DNA of 64,000 nt from an uncultured Holophagae bacterium (GCA_963801995.1 CAWDGW010000017.1:669544-733543), one strand, 5' to 3'; counted from the stretch's first letter, positions 1 to 9,242 are shown. Notes: a model not told the origin generated them from the letters alone. Program-made: numbers and translations.

Positions 1-444
1 CGACAGACATTTGAAACCCTCTTCCCCGACGGCCCGTCCGACAACATCTTGCTCAACACGTGGGCGCAACTGGTGGAGATCGTGCACGCCCTCGAGTCCG
101 CGTCCGCGATCTGCGATTCCTTGCTCGGGATGGACGAAGCGGCCAGGGAAAACGCCGAATACCCGATCCGGGCCGGCATCGGAATCGCCGCCGTAGAGGT
201 CCCTCGGGGGACCCTCTTCCACGAGTTCGAGCTGGACGACGACGGGACGGTGGTGACGGCCAACGTGGTCACTCCCACTGCCCAAAACCTCGCGAACATC
301 GAGCTCGACCTGCGTCAGGCAGCACTGCGAACCCTGGACGCCGGCGTCGGCGATGATGAACTCAAGCTGCAACTCGAGATGGTGGTCCGCGCCTACGACC
401 CATGCATCTCGTGCTCGGTTCACGTCACACGAATCACTCGATGA
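1..444 (+). CDS. [NiFe]-hydrogenase large subunit, C-terminal fragment (5' end upstream of window)
   Basis: Frame 1 is open from nt 1. Translation ends ...EMVVRAYDPCISCSVHVTRITR, the C-terminal DPCxxCxxH nickel-ligand motif plus a short extension of the kind removed by a maturation endopeptidase. A cytosolic group-3-like assignment is inference only. Confidence 0.8.
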   Translation, partial: RQTFETLFPDGPSDNILLNTWAQLVEIVHALESASAICDSLLGMDEAARENAEYPIRAGIGIAAVEVPRGTLFHEFELDDDGTVVTANVVTPTAQNLANIELDLRQAALRTLDAGVGDDELKLQLEMVVRAYDPCISCSVHVTRITR

Positions 445-485
445 CGTTGGCGGGATGACGTGTTTGTATCTGCGCCGGTGTTCCT

Positions 486-513
486 GAATTGCGAATTGCG
501 AATTTCGAATTCC
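486..513. repeat. 7-bp tandem array GAATTGC GAATTGC GAATTTC GAATTCC
   Basis: Read directly, 42 nt after the stop at 444. A 24-nt core (488-511) is identical to 1193-1216. Confidence 0.9.
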
Positions 514-649
514 CCTACCGACCTATTCCGAAGTGCCGTCCGAGGTCGCAATTTGCGATGTGCAATGCAACCACAAGGGACGCGGGCGGAGGGCGACGGA
601 TTCGGTAATCCCCTCGCGCCTTCGCGACCTTCGCCATTCTGTCATTCGA

Positions 650-1171
650 GTGCGTCCGCCCTCGGACCGGTGGAGACTCGATGACCGCATTGCCAGATGT
701 CTCGTCGCCGGACTCGGCAACCCCCTGATGGGAGACGACGGCGTCGGGTCGGCCGTCGTCGAACGGCTGTCGGCAGGCGTTCCACTCGCCGGCCTGCGGG
801 CGGTCGAGGTCGGCCCCGACGTCTCCCGGCTCCACCAGTTCTGGGAGGGAGAACCGGTGGTTTGGCTGGTGGATGCCATCGATCTCGATCGGCCGCCGGG
901 CTCGATCCGCCGGATCTCTCATGACTGGCTGCTACGGTTGGAGGCGCAGAACGAGTCCGCTCATGGGCTCGCCGTGACGGAGAATCTGCGGTGGCTTCTC
1001 CACGGCTGCCCCGACCTCACCGCGGTCCGATTCACTCTGTGGGGAGTCGTTCCGCAGTACATCACACCTTGCCCCGCTCTGTCGCCTACCGCTGATCGAG
1101 CTGTCGATCAGCTCGTGACTCAGATTCTCCACGCCTGGCGAGGGACGATCGAGGGAGGCCTCCGCGGCTGA
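650..1171 (+). CDS. hydrogenase maturation endopeptidase (HoxW/HycI/HybD family)
   Basis: LVAGLGNPLMGDDGVGSAVVERL matches the N-terminal GNxxxxDDGxG signature of this family. It lies directly downstream of a large-subunit gene. The ORF-track start at 533 looks too far upstream; GTG at 650 is the first plausible in-frame start (uncertain). Confidence 0.7.
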   Translation: MRPPSDRWRLDDRIARCLVAGLGNPLMGDDGVGSAVVERLSAGVPLAGLRAVEVGPDVSRLHQFWEGEPVVWLVDAIDLDRPPGSIRRISHDWLLRLEAQNESAHGLAVTENLRWLLHGCPDLTAVRFTLWGVVPQYITPCPALSPTADRAVDQLVTQILHAWRGTIEGGLRG

Positions 1172-1191
1172 GCTGCTTCGGCACGCCTCAT

Positions 1192-1218
1192 GATTGCGAA
1201 TTGCGAATTTCGAATTGG
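1192..1218. repeat. 7-bp tandem array (GATTGC GAATTGC GAATTTC GAATTGG)
   Basis: Lies 21 nt after the stop at 1171. It is the inverted partner of the array at 1306-1336. Confidence 0.9.
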
Positions 1219-1305
1219 CGGCGTCCGAGGTCGCTGAGGTTGTCCCGAGATTCCTCGTTGCGTCGAGCGACACCCTGATGCACCTCTGCGATCCCGGTAG
1301 GCCAC

Positions 1306-1336
1306 AATTCGTAATTCGTAATTCGCAATTCGCAAT
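1306..1336. repeat. 7-bp tandem array AATTCGT x2, AATTCGC x2 (reverse-complement family of GCGAATT)
   Basis: The reverse complement of 1313-1336 matches 1193-1216 at 23 of 24 nt, giving a long inverted repeat around a 96-nt spacer. Confidence 0.9.
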
Positions 1337-1503
1337 GGGCGGGTGGGTGGTCGGGCGCAATTCTCCTCCCCTCCGGGTCGAATTCGGCCGTGCGGGGAAG
1401 TCACTCCGATCTTCTGCGCAGCGACGGCATTAGATATGCGACTGAAACTCCGTACCCTACAGTAATACGTCTTGAGATGAAGTATTACTCTGAGGGTCTT
1501 GTA

Positions 1504-1532
1504 TTGACACCACCACAACGCCGCAATATTCT
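1504..1532 (+). promoter_or_regulatory. putative sigma70-type promoter of the uptake hydrogenase operon
   Basis: TTGACA (1504-1509), 17-nt spacer, TATTCT (1527-1532), about 50 nt before the GGAGGAGG RBS and ATG 1584. An 8-bp inverted repeat AGTAATAC-N13-GTATTACT (1461-1489) lies just upstream and may be an operator. Confidence 0.4.
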
Positions 1533-1583
1533 CGGGGGCAGCAGTATAAATCACCCAAAGGGTGCAAGAGGGAGGAGGTTGCC

Positions 1584-2687
1584 ATGGGTCGAATGGAACA
1601 CCTGTTGCGTGGTCCAGACGGTCCCCCTGTGGACGGGGTGGACCGGAGGGACTTTTTAAAGGTCTGCATGTTGGCCGCCGCCACGGTGGGTCTGCCGGCG
1701 TCGGTGGGCCGCAAGTGGGCGGAGGCAGCGGAGGCGGGCCTGAAACCTGTCGTCGTCTGGCTGCACTTCCAGGAGTGCACCGGATGCACCGAATCGTTGC
1801 TGAGAACCTCGTACCCCGGTATCGCGGAATTGATCCTGGATTTGATATCGCTCGACTATCACGAGACCCTGTTCGCTGCGGCGGGCCACCAGATCGAGGA
1901 CGTGCTCCAGGACACGATCACCAAGCACGCGGGTGCGTTCGTGTGCGTCGTCGAGGGCGCTATTCCCACCAAGGACAACGGGATCTACTGCAAGATCGGT
2001 GGAAAAACGGCGATCGAAATGCTCCAAGAGGTTGGCAGCAAGGCCGCGGCGGTCGTCGCCATCGGTTCCTGCGCGTCCTGGGGGGGAATCCCCTCGGCCG
2101 ACCCCAATCCCACGGGTGCGGTGGGCGCCAAGGATATCCTTACGGACACAACGGTGGTCACCATTCCTGGTTGTCCCGCGAATCCGTATAACTTCCTGGG
2201 AACCGTGCTGCAGTTCGCAGTGCTCGGTACCCTGCCGGCGCTCGACGACAAAAATCGACCTCTCTTCGCCTATGGACGGACCATCCACGAGCATTGCCCC
2301 CGCCGCGCTCATTTCGACGCGGGCCGCTTTGCCCGTGAGTACGGTGACGAAGGCCACCGGTTGGGTTACTGCCTATTCGCCCTTGGGTGCAAGGGCCCGG
2401 AGACCCACGCCAACTGTTCCACGAGTCATTTCGGCGAGGTCAACGGTGCCTGGCCCATCGGGATCGGTCATCCCTGCTTCGGGTGCACCGAGCAGGGGGT
2501 CGGTTTCACCAAGGCCCTCCACGAGGAGGCGAAGTTGCCGCCCAACGCGGTTCCGCCCATCAACCCCGACCATCGATCCAGCATCGGAGTCGGCTGGGCC
2601 GGCGCGGCAGGTCTGGCGGCCGGCGCGGTGATCGGCGGAGGGTACATGGCTTCCAAAAAGGTCGCCGACCAGGAGGAGGAATCCTAA
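1584..2687 (+). CDS. [NiFe]-hydrogenase small subunit, Tat-exported, group 1 (HybO-like)
   Basis: Twin-arginine signal RRDFLKVCMLAAATVG. Cys clusters (CTGCTES, GSCASWGG, GCPANP, HxHCPRR, CxxxGCKGP) are typical of small subunits. There is a C-terminal hydrophobic anchor (GAAGLAAGAVIGGGYMA). Confidence 0.9.
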   Translation: MGRMEHLLRGPDGPPVDGVDRRDFLKVCMLAAATVGLPASVGRKWAEAAEAGLKPVVVWLHFQECTGCTESLLRTSYPGIAELILDLISLDYHETLFAAAGHQIEDVLQDTITKHAGAFVCVVEGAIPTKDNGIYCKIGGKTAIEMLQEVGSKAAAVVAIGSCASWGGIPSADPNPTGAVGAKDILTDTTVVTIPGCPANPYNFLGTVLQFAVLGTLPALDDKNRPLFAYGRTIHEHCPRRAHFDAGRFAREYGDEGHRLGYCLFALGCKGPETHANCSTSHFGEVNGAWPIGIGHPCFGCTEQGVGFTKALHEEAKLPPNAVPPINPDHRSSIGVGWAGAAGLAAGAVIGGGYMASKKVADQEEES

Positions 2688-3562
2688 TGAGCCTGGATCG
2701 ACGAACACTGCTGAAAGGGCTCGCGGTCGCGGGCGCTGGAGCGGCGGTGGGGTCGACTCCCGCCAACGCCTCGGAGGCGAAGGTCGCGCCGCCCGATGCG
2801 GTGGGCATGCTCTACGATGCAACCCGCTGCATAGGCTGCCGCGCCTGCGTGACCGCCTGCAAGACGGCCAACGATTTACCAGGAAACATTTACGATCCGC
2901 CGAACGACCTCAACGGCGAGACCAAGAACATCATCAAGAAGTACGAAGTGGACGGTGAGGTCGAGTCCTACATGAAGGCGCAGTGCATGCATTGCATCGA
3001 TCCCGGATGCGCCAGCGCCTGCATGATCGGTGCGTTCAAGAAGCGTGAATACGGCATCGTCACGTGGGACCCGACCCGTTGCATCGGCTGCCGGTACTGC
3101 CAGGTGGCCTGTCCCTATAACATTCCCAAGTTTCAGTGGGAATCCAACAATCCGAAGATCGTCAAGTGCGAGATGTGTCTCCACATGATCGAGGCCGGCA
3201 AGGAACCTGGGTGTTGCCAAGCCTGCCCCAAGGAAGCCGTGATCTTCGGCAAATACACCGACCTGATGGCGGACGCCAAGAGCAGGATCGAAAGGCACCC
3301 CGAGCGCTACTGGGGGCCCGACGGCAAACCCAAGATCTTTGGAGAACACGACGGCGGCGGCACCCAGGTGCTGTATCTCGCGTCCGTGGACTTCGAAAAG
3401 CTCGGGCTGCCGCCACTCGGTGAGGAAGGGTCGGCTGCGCTGGCCCGCTCCATCCAGCACGGCCTCTATCAGGGCTTCATCGCGCCTTCGGTGCTGCTGG
3501 TGGGTCTCGCCGCGGTCGTCTGGCGCAATCGCAGGGCCTCCGAAAAGGAAGGGGGTGAGTGA
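2687..3562 (+). CDS. 4Fe-4S ferredoxin-type hydrogenase electron-transfer subunit, Tat signal plus C-terminal anchor (HybA-like)
   Basis: ATG 2687 overlaps the upstream TAA. It starts MSLDRRTLLKGLAVAGAGAA (Tat motif) and has several CxxCxxCxxxCP clusters (CIGCRACVTAC, CMHCIDPGCASAC, CIGCRYCQVACP). The C-terminal TM is VLLVGLAAVVW. The ORF-track start at 2387 is a read-through artefact. Confidence 0.85.
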   Translation: MSLDRRTLLKGLAVAGAGAAVGSTPANASEAKVAPPDAVGMLYDATRCIGCRACVTACKTANDLPGNIYDPPNDLNGETKNIIKKYEVDGEVESYMKAQCMHCIDPGCASACMIGAFKKREYGIVTWDPTRCIGCRYCQVACPYNIPKFQWESNNPKIVKCEMCLHMIEAGKEPGCCQACPKEAVIFGKYTDLMADAKSRIERHPERYWGPDGKPKIFGEHDGGGTQVLYLASVDFEKLGLPPLGEEGSAALARSIQHGLYQGFIAPSVLLVGLAAVVWRNRRASEKEGGE

Positions 3563-4779
3563 TGGCACACGCTGCAGGAGCTCAACCCGTGGGAGGCCCC
3601 CTGATGACGCGGCCCTTCAAGTGGCTGCTCGGGATTCTCGTTGTGTGGGGAGTCGTGTTGATATGGCGGTTCGCCGCCGGTATCGGTGCGGTCTCCGGTC
3701 TCACTGACGGCTATCCCTGGGGCGTCTGGATCGCCTTCGACGTGGTCACCGGCACCGCCCTCGGGTGCGGTGGATACGCCATCGCGATCCTGGCCTATAT
3801 CCTCAACAAGGGCAAGTACCATCCGGTTGTCCGACCGGCGATCCTGACCAGCGCACTCGGCTACTCGATGGCCGCGCTCGCGATCATCATCGACGTTGGT
3901 CGACCCTGGTACATCTGGGCAATACCCATTGGAGGTGTTCCCCCCAACTCGTTTGGATTCAACTGGAACTCGCCGCTGCTCGAGGTGGCCCTGTGCGTCA
4001 TGGCTTACGTGTTCGTACTGTGGATCGAGCTGTCACCGGCCTTCATGGAAAAGTGGAAGGATTCCTCGTCAGGATTCCTGCGTTCTTTCTCCGAGGTTGG
4101 CCTCAAGGTGATGGACAAGATCCTGATCTTCGTGATCGCGATCGGTCTGCTGCTGCCCACCATGCACCAGTCATCGCTGGGCTCGGTGATGCTGCTTGCG
4201 GGACACAAACTCCATCCGCTGTGGTTCACCCCACTGATTCCGCTGTTGTTCCTGATCAGCTGCATCGGGATGGGGTACGCCGTGGTGGTGTGGGAGTCGG
4301 CCGTATCGACCTCGGTGTTCAAGCGCGAGCGCGAAACCAGCATGTTGACGTCGCTCGCCGGCGTCATGATGGTCGTCAATGCGCTCTATTTGGTGATACG
4401 GTTTGGTGACATCATTATCAGCGGAAAGACCAGCCTGATGTTCACCGACGGATTCATGAGCCTGCTGTTCTGGATCGAGAGTGCGCTCTTCGTCATCCCG
4501 ATCTTCATGTTCGCCGGCAAACGGCGCGAGAACTTCAGAACCCTGTTCAACGGAGCGTTCATGCTCATGCTGGCAGGCTCGGTGTACCGTTTCAACGCCT
4601 ATATCGTCGCCTACAACCCGGGTGAGAACTGGAATTACTTCCCGTCCATACCCGAACTGTTCATCACATTTGGCGTCATCGCGTTGGAGATCACGCTGTA
4701 CATCTACATTGTCAAGAAATTCCCGATCCTGGGGGGCGTCCCAGCCACTCGGTCGGCTGAAGCAGAGGGAGCATCCTGA
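3559..4779 (+). CDS. NrfD/PsrC-like integral membrane subunit (HybB-like quinone-interacting anchor)
   Basis: 406 aa and highly hydrophobic with about 8-10 predicted TM segments. It occupies the same position as hybB between hybA-like and large-subunit genes. The start (GTG 3559 or ATG 3562) overlaps the upstream stop. Confidence 0.75.
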   Translation: MMAHAAGAQPVGGPLMTRPFKWLLGILVVWGVVLIWRFAAGIGAVSGLTDGYPWGVWIAFDVVTGTALGCGGYAIAILAYILNKGKYHPVVRPAILTSALGYSMAALAIIIDVGRPWYIWAIPIGGVPPNSFGFNWNSPLLEVALCVMAYVFVLWIELSPAFMEKWKDSSSGFLRSFSEVGLKVMDKILIFVIAIGLLLPTMHQSSLGSVMLLAGHKLHPLWFTPLIPLLFLISCIGMGYAVVVWESAVSTSVFKRERETSMLTSLAGVMMVVNALYLVIRFGDIIISGKTSLMFTDGFMSLLFWIESALFVIPIFMFAGKRRENFRTLFNGAFMLMLAGSVYRFNAYIVAYNPGENWNYFPSIPELFITFGVIALEITLYIYIVKKFPILGGVPATRSAEAEGAS

Positions 4780-6479
4780 TGGGCGAAATAATCACGGTTG
4801 ACCCGATCACCCGAATCGAGGGGCATCTCCGCATCGATGTCGAGGTGGATCGTGGAAAGGTCCAGAATTCCTGGTCCTCCGGCCAGATGTGGCGGGGGAT
4901 CGAAAAAATCCTCGAAGGGCGGGACCCGCGCGATGCATGGGTCTTCACCCAAAGGATCTGCGGCGTCTGCACCACGGTGCACGCGATCGCCTCGGTGCGA
5001 GCGGTGGAGAACGCGCTCAACATCGAGGTCCCGCTGAACGCGCAGCTGATTCGAAACATCCTCATCGCCGCCCACGCGCTGCACGACCACATCGTGCACT
5101 TCTATCACCTGTCGGCCCTCGACTGGGTGGACGTGGTTTCGGCTCTCAAGGGCAACCCGGTGAAGGCGGCGATTCTCGCCAACTCCCTGTCACCGTGGCC
5201 CCACAACAGCGCCGCCGAGCTCCAGGCCGTCAAGGACAAGCTCAACGACTTCGTGGCCAAGGGCCAGCTGGGGATCTTCACCAACGGCTACTGGGGTCAC
5301 CCGGCCATGAAGCTGCCGCCGGACGTCAACTTGCTGGCGGTTCACCACTACCTGCAGGCGCTCGAATACCAGAAGCGCGCAAACCAGGCTGTGGCCATAC
5401 TCGGCTCGAAGACGCCCAACATTCAAAACCTGGCAGTGGGAGGTGTGGCCAACGCCATCAACCTGGACAACCAGGCCACGCTGAACATGGCCCAGCTGTA
5501 CCAGATCAAGGAACTGCTCATCCAGGTCAGGGACTTCGTCGAGCAGGTCTACATGCCCGACGTGGCCGCCATCGGCGCCATGTACGCACCGTGGCTCAGC
5601 TATGGCGCCGGTGTCACCAACTACCTTGCCGTTCCCGACATGCCGCTCAACACCGCCGGCACCGAGTTTGACCTGCCCGGCGGTACGATCATGAACGCCG
5701 ATCTGGGCAGCCTGAAAACCATCGAAACATTCGACGACCCCTACTTCCGGGACAACGTGGCCGAGTCCATCGCCCACTCCTGGTACGACGGCGACTGGAG
5801 CCGCCACCCGTGGGAGGAGGACACGGTTCCCGCCTACTCGGAATACGACCCCGCGGGCAAGTACTCCTGGGTCAAGTCGCCTCGGTTCGACGGTCAACCC
5901 ATGCAGGTGGGCCCGCTCAGCCAGGTACTCGTTGGGCTGGCCTCCGGCCACGAGCCCACCGTCCGTCATGGGACCTGGATGCTCGAGACCGCCGGCAAGA
6001 TCGCGGGCGCCAAGCTCGGGCCCTCGGTGCTGCACTCCACCCTCGGCCGGCACGCGGCACGCGCCATCCGGTGTGCGGTGGTCGCCGAACTCGCCCTCAA
6101 GCATTGGGATCTATTGGTGGCCAACATCGCCTCCGGCGACACGGACATCTTCACCCCCTTCGAGTACCCGTCGGGCATTCAGCAGGGGTTCGGCTTCCAC
6201 GAGGCGCCACGCGGCACCCTGTCCCATTGGGTCGTGATCGAGGACGGGAAGATCAAGAACTACCAGTGCGTCGTACCCTCCACCTGGAACGCCGGTCCGC
6301 GGGATGCCAACGACCAGATGGGACCGTACGAGGCCTCTCTGGTGGGCAACCCCGTGGCCGATCCGGAACGACCGCTGGAGGTTCTGCGCACCATCCATTC
6401 CTTCGATCCGTGTCTCGCCTGCGCCATCCACACCCTCGATCCCGAGGGCAACGAGGTGTCGAAGGTGAAGGCCCTCTGA
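4779..6479 (+). CDS. [NiFe]-hydrogenase large subunit, group 1 (HybC-like)
   Basis: N-terminal RIEGHLRI and RICGVCTTVHA (RxCGxCxxxH) motifs. The C-terminal DPCLACAIH is followed by a cleavable extension TLDPEGNEVSKVKAL. ATG overlaps the upstream TGA. Confidence 0.95.
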   Translation: MGEIITVDPITRIEGHLRIDVEVDRGKVQNSWSSGQMWRGIEKILEGRDPRDAWVFTQRICGVCTTVHAIASVRAVENALNIEVPLNAQLIRNILIAAHALHDHIVHFYHLSALDWVDVVSALKGNPVKAAILANSLSPWPHNSAAELQAVKDKLNDFVAKGQLGIFTNGYWGHPAMKLPPDVNLLAVHHYLQALEYQKRANQAVAILGSKTPNIQNLAVGGVANAINLDNQATLNMAQLYQIKELLIQVRDFVEQVYMPDVAAIGAMYAPWLSYGAGVTNYLAVPDMPLNTAGTEFDLPGGTIMNADLGSLKTIETFDDPYFRDNVAESIAHSWYDGDWSRHPWEEDTVPAYSEYDPAGKYSWVKSPRFDGQPMQVGPLSQVLVGLASGHEPTVRHGTWMLETAGKIAGAKLGPSVLHSTLGRHAARAIRCAVVAELALKHWDLLVANIASGDTDIFTPFEYPSGIQQGFGFHEAPRGTLSHWVVIEDGKIKNYQCVVPSTWNAGPRDANDQMGPYEASLVGNPVADPERPLEVLRTIHSFDPCLACAIHTLDPEGNEVSKVKAL

Positions 6480-6551
6480 TCGCCGATCATCCATCAACCC
6501 GGGGGCCAGGCTCGTCCTGGCCCCTTTTCTTGGGCTCCAATAATCATGTCT

Positions 6552-6581
6552 CCCGAAACCCGAACCCCGAATCCCGAAACC
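6552..6581. repeat. 7-bp tandem array CCCGAAA CCCGAAC CCCGAAT CCCGAAA (complement of the GGGTTCG family)
   Basis: Lies between the large subunit and the protease gene. It has four C3-4 runs with 3-4 nt spacers. Confidence 0.9.
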
Positions 6582-6586
6582 GTACA

Positions 6587-7120
6587 ATGGTGGCGATGAC
6601 GATGAACAAAAAGATCCGAGTTCTTGGTGTGGGCAACATTCTGATGGAGGACGACGGGCTCGGGCCCTTTGCGGTTCGGGTCCTCGAGGCCGGGTATGAG
6701 TTCCCGGAATGGGTCGAAGTCCAAGACGTGGGCACACCGGGACTCGACTTCGCACCGTACATTGACGAAGCCGCGGCGGTGATCGTCATCGACACTGTGA
6801 GTTCGGACGGACCACCCGGCAGCATCAAACGCTATGACAAGGCCCAGATGCTGGCCAAGCCCCTGCCCGAACGCACCAACCCGCACCAACCCGGCCTGCG
6901 AGAGAGCCTGATGGCCGCTGAACTCACCGACTCCAGTCCCGACGAGGTGGTCGTGATCGGCGTCATTCCCGAGAGCACCGGCAACGTCGCCCGGTTGAGC
7001 GACGTGGTTCGTGCCGCGGTGCCCGATGTGATCGAGGCCGTGATCGCGGAACTGCGCCGCCTCGGCGTTGAATCGACTGCGCGCGTCGAGCCCCTCGACC
7101 CCGAAATCTGGTGGGAGTGA
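6587..7120 (+). CDS. hydrogenase maturation endopeptidase (HybD-like)
   Basis: MVAMTMNKKIRVLGVGNILMEDDGLGPFAVRVL carries the GNxxxxDDGxG signature. Alternative starts are at 6596 and 6602. The long ORF-track start at 5810 runs inside the large-subunit gene in another frame. Confidence 0.85.
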   Translation: MVAMTMNKKIRVLGVGNILMEDDGLGPFAVRVLEAGYEFPEWVEVQDVGTPGLDFAPYIDEAAAVIVIDTVSSDGPPGSIKRYDKAQMLAKPLPERTNPHQPGLRESLMAAELTDSSPDEVVVIGVIPESTGNVARLSDVVRAAVPDVIEAVIAELRRLGVESTARVEPLDPEIWWE

Positions 7121-7123
7121 TCC

Positions 7124-7498
7124 ATGAAGCTGACCGAATTTCATGAACGCTTGCTGATCATTCTGATCGCGCTTCACAGCGCCATCATCGGTGTGGTTTT
7201 CATCTTCGCACCCAACTGGCTGATGCAGTTCGGCGGCTGGACCGGCATCGACCCGATCTTCTTCGGCCGCCAGGCAGGCGCCTTCCACCTCGTCCTCGCC
7301 GGGGCCTACTTGATCGAGCACTTCAAGTACCGGGGCGTGACCATCCTGGTTTCCGCCAAGACTTTTGCGATGGTCTTCCTCTTGGTTTGCACCTTTGTCG
7401 ACTCCTTGCCCTGGGCTGTGCCCGTCTCCGGAGTCGGCGACGCCCTGATGGCGCTCGTCGTTTTGGTTGTTCACAAGACAGTGCAAAAAATCCAGTAA
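7124..7498 (+). CDS. small hydrophobic membrane protein, unknown function
   Basis: 124 aa with about 4 hydrophobic segments. ATG is 3 nt after the hybD-like stop, so it is probably co-transcribed. No motif recognised. Confidence 0.5.
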   Translation: MKLTEFHERLLIILIALHSAIIGVVFIFAPNWLMQFGGWTGIDPIFFGRQAGAFHLVLAGAYLIEHFKYRGVTILVSAKTFAMVFLLVCTFVDSLPWAVPVSGVGDALMALVVLVVHKTVQKIQ

Positions 7499-7508
7499 GC
7501 GGCGATTC

Positions 7509-7549
7509 CAATTCGGAATTCGGAATTCGGAATTCGGAAAACCGTCCCC
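7509..7549. repeat. dispersed element: (GAATTCG)x4 followed by GAAAACCGTCCCC
   Basis: Lies 11 nt after the stop at 7498. 7510-7549 is identical over 40 nt to 36415-36454, and an inverted, slightly diverged copy sits at 28274-28308. Confidence 0.9.
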
Positions 7550-7625
7550 GATCGGCAGAGACGATGGCCCCATTTCTGCGCTATCGAGCGAGCGGATCCG
7601 ATCCCAGGTCAGAGTGAAAATGAAT

Positions 7626-7714
7626 CTGAATTCTGAGTGCCCACCGGCGGTGTCCACACGAACACTTGGGTAACCGATTCCGCGATGTCGGCGTCAGTGG
7701 CACTCAGAATTCAG
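7626..7714. repeat. 16-bp perfect inverted repeat CTGAATTCTGAGTGCC / GGCACTCAGAATTCAG with 57-nt spacer
   Basis: Read directly at 7626-7641 and 7699-7714, between convergent genes. It may be a terminator-like or MITE-like structure. Confidence 0.7.
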
Positions 7715-7730
7715 CAGATCATTCGAACGC

Positions 7731-9242
7731 TCAGCCAAAATCCCCACTGAGCTCATCGTAGATCTCCATCACCTGGTCGCAGCCGAACTGAACCGTCATT
7801 GTGAGGTAGTTCCGCAGCGCCTCGTCGAGGCCTTGAGATTCCGGGTCCGCCTCCAGCACCTCGACGCAGGTCCGGTCGAGGAGGCTCAGCGCCCGGCACA
7901 CCTCGTCCGCCCCGAAATCCTCCTCGTATCGCTTCTCCGCCAGGTCCCTGCAGTAGGCTGTGAACAGGCCCTTCTCGCTGGTTCGCACCGCATTCAGGAG
8001 GTGGCGCAGCACCACGGTGAACCGCCACTCCAGAATTTCCTTCGACACCATCTGGTACGAGGGAAATACATCGGCGCCATCCGATACAGCGAGCAACGCG
8101 TCGACAAACCGCCTCCGGATCTCGTCGTGGTGCTTCTCCAACAGCCGGTGGATCCGCAGGTTGGGACGCACCCGGATGTCCTTGAGGGCGGCCTGGTTGC
8201 GTCGGTGCCACTCGAGCGGGTCGGTCTTCAGGTTCTCTACCATGAACGGCACCCGACGCTGGACGCACAGCCGCTCTCTCGGATGCCAGTCCAGCTTGCC
8301 CTGGGTCCGGCTGGCGTCGACGGCCAGGTCGAAATCTATGTACTTCACCATCCAAGGCCGTTCGAAGGGCCGGTTGCCCAGCACCCGACCCAGCAGGTCG
8401 CGACCCCACACCCCGACCCGCGCCAGCGGCGCCGGCATCAGCAGGGGTTTGGGGCGGCGGCCCCGGAAGTTCACATTGGCCAGATCGAAGAGCTCCCTGT
8501 GGTCGACCGTGTCGTTTGGACTGCAAATCACCACTTCCCGCTGGCCAACGCTGTCCAGGTGATCAAAGAGCCGGCGAAAGAACATCGGCACTTCTCGAAT
8601 GTGGAGGTAGGGAACCGCCGATGCCCCTTTGCCTCCCAGGATTCGCGCATTCCAGACCTTCGACAGCCACGTCCCCAGGAAGATGTACAGCGGAGCATAC
8701 TCGCAGTAGTCCGAGAACATGGCCGCGAAGCGCACGATGCACGACGGCACGTCGCCGTCGTACTCGGCTAGCATCTCCTCTCCCTTGCGCTTGGTGATGG
8801 CGTAGACGTGGTCGCCGTCAGGAGGGCTGTCCTCGTTCAGGCTGGCACCCTTCTGAGGGAACTGGCACGCCGCCACCGAGGAAGCGAAAATGAAGCGCTT
8901 GAGATGGAGACCGCGGCACTCCTCCAGCACATTGCGCAGTCCATCCACATTGGTTCGCCAGTACTCCGGGTGGTCCTCTCCGGTGAAGTCGTAGTGGGCT
9001 GCAAGGTGGATCACATAATCCGCTCCCCCACTGTCACGAACGAACTGGAAGGCCGTCCGGGTCGACTCCCGATCACCGACGTCAGCCTGGTACCAGGTGA
9101 TGTTGTCGTCAAAAGGTGCTCCGCTCCGAAGCTGAGACCGCCGCGCCATCCCGACGATCTGGAAGCGCTCCTTGAGCCCATCCAGCAACCGCCGACCGAT
9201 GAAGCCCGATGCGCCCGTGATGATGAGACGAGGCAGTGCCAT
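7731..9242 (-). CDS. NAD(P)-dependent epimerase/dehydratase (SDR) family protein with an uncharacterised C-terminal domain of about 200 aa
   Basis: MALPRLIITGASGFIGRRLLDGL is the Rossmann GxxGxxG motif at the N-terminus. ATG at 9242 is preferred over the ORF-track start at 9338, which adds 32 residues before the fold. Confidence 0.7.
   Translation of the reverse strand: MALPRLIITGASGFIGRRLLDGLKERFQIVGMARRSQLRSGAPFDDNITWYQADVGDRESTRTAFQFVRDSGGADYVIHLAAHYDFTGEDHPEYWRTNVDGLRNVLEECRGLHLKRFIFASSVAACQFPQKGASLNEDSPPDGDHVYAITKRKGEEMLAEYDGDVPSCIVRFAAMFSDYCEYAPLYIFLGTWLSKVWNARILGGKGASAVPYLHIREVPMFFRRLFDHLDSVGQREVVICSPNDTVDHRELFDLANVNFRGRRPKPLLMPAPLARVGVWGRDLLGRVLGNRPFERPWMVKYIDFDLAVDASRTQGKLDWHPRERLCVQRRVPFMVENLKTDPLEWHRRNQAALKDIRVRPNLRIHRLLEKHHDEIRRRFVDALLAVSDGADVFPSYQMVSKEILEWRFTVVLRHLLNAVRTSEKGLFTAYCRDLAEKRYEEDFGADEVCRALSLLDRTCVEVLEADPESQGLDEALRNYLTMTVQFGCDQVMEIYDELSGDFG

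Noticed and set aside
6380-6479. Selenocysteine-containing [NiFeSe] large subunit
   Set aside because: The C-terminal motif is DPCLACAIH with ordinary Cys codons and no in-frame TGA.
7509-7549. Heptamer arrays as CRISPR arrays, or GAATTC (EcoRI-site) clusters as restriction-modification related
   Set aside because: The period is 7 bp with no spacers, there are no cas genes, and the arrays have only 3-6 units. The palindromic GAATTC is simply part of the repeat unit.
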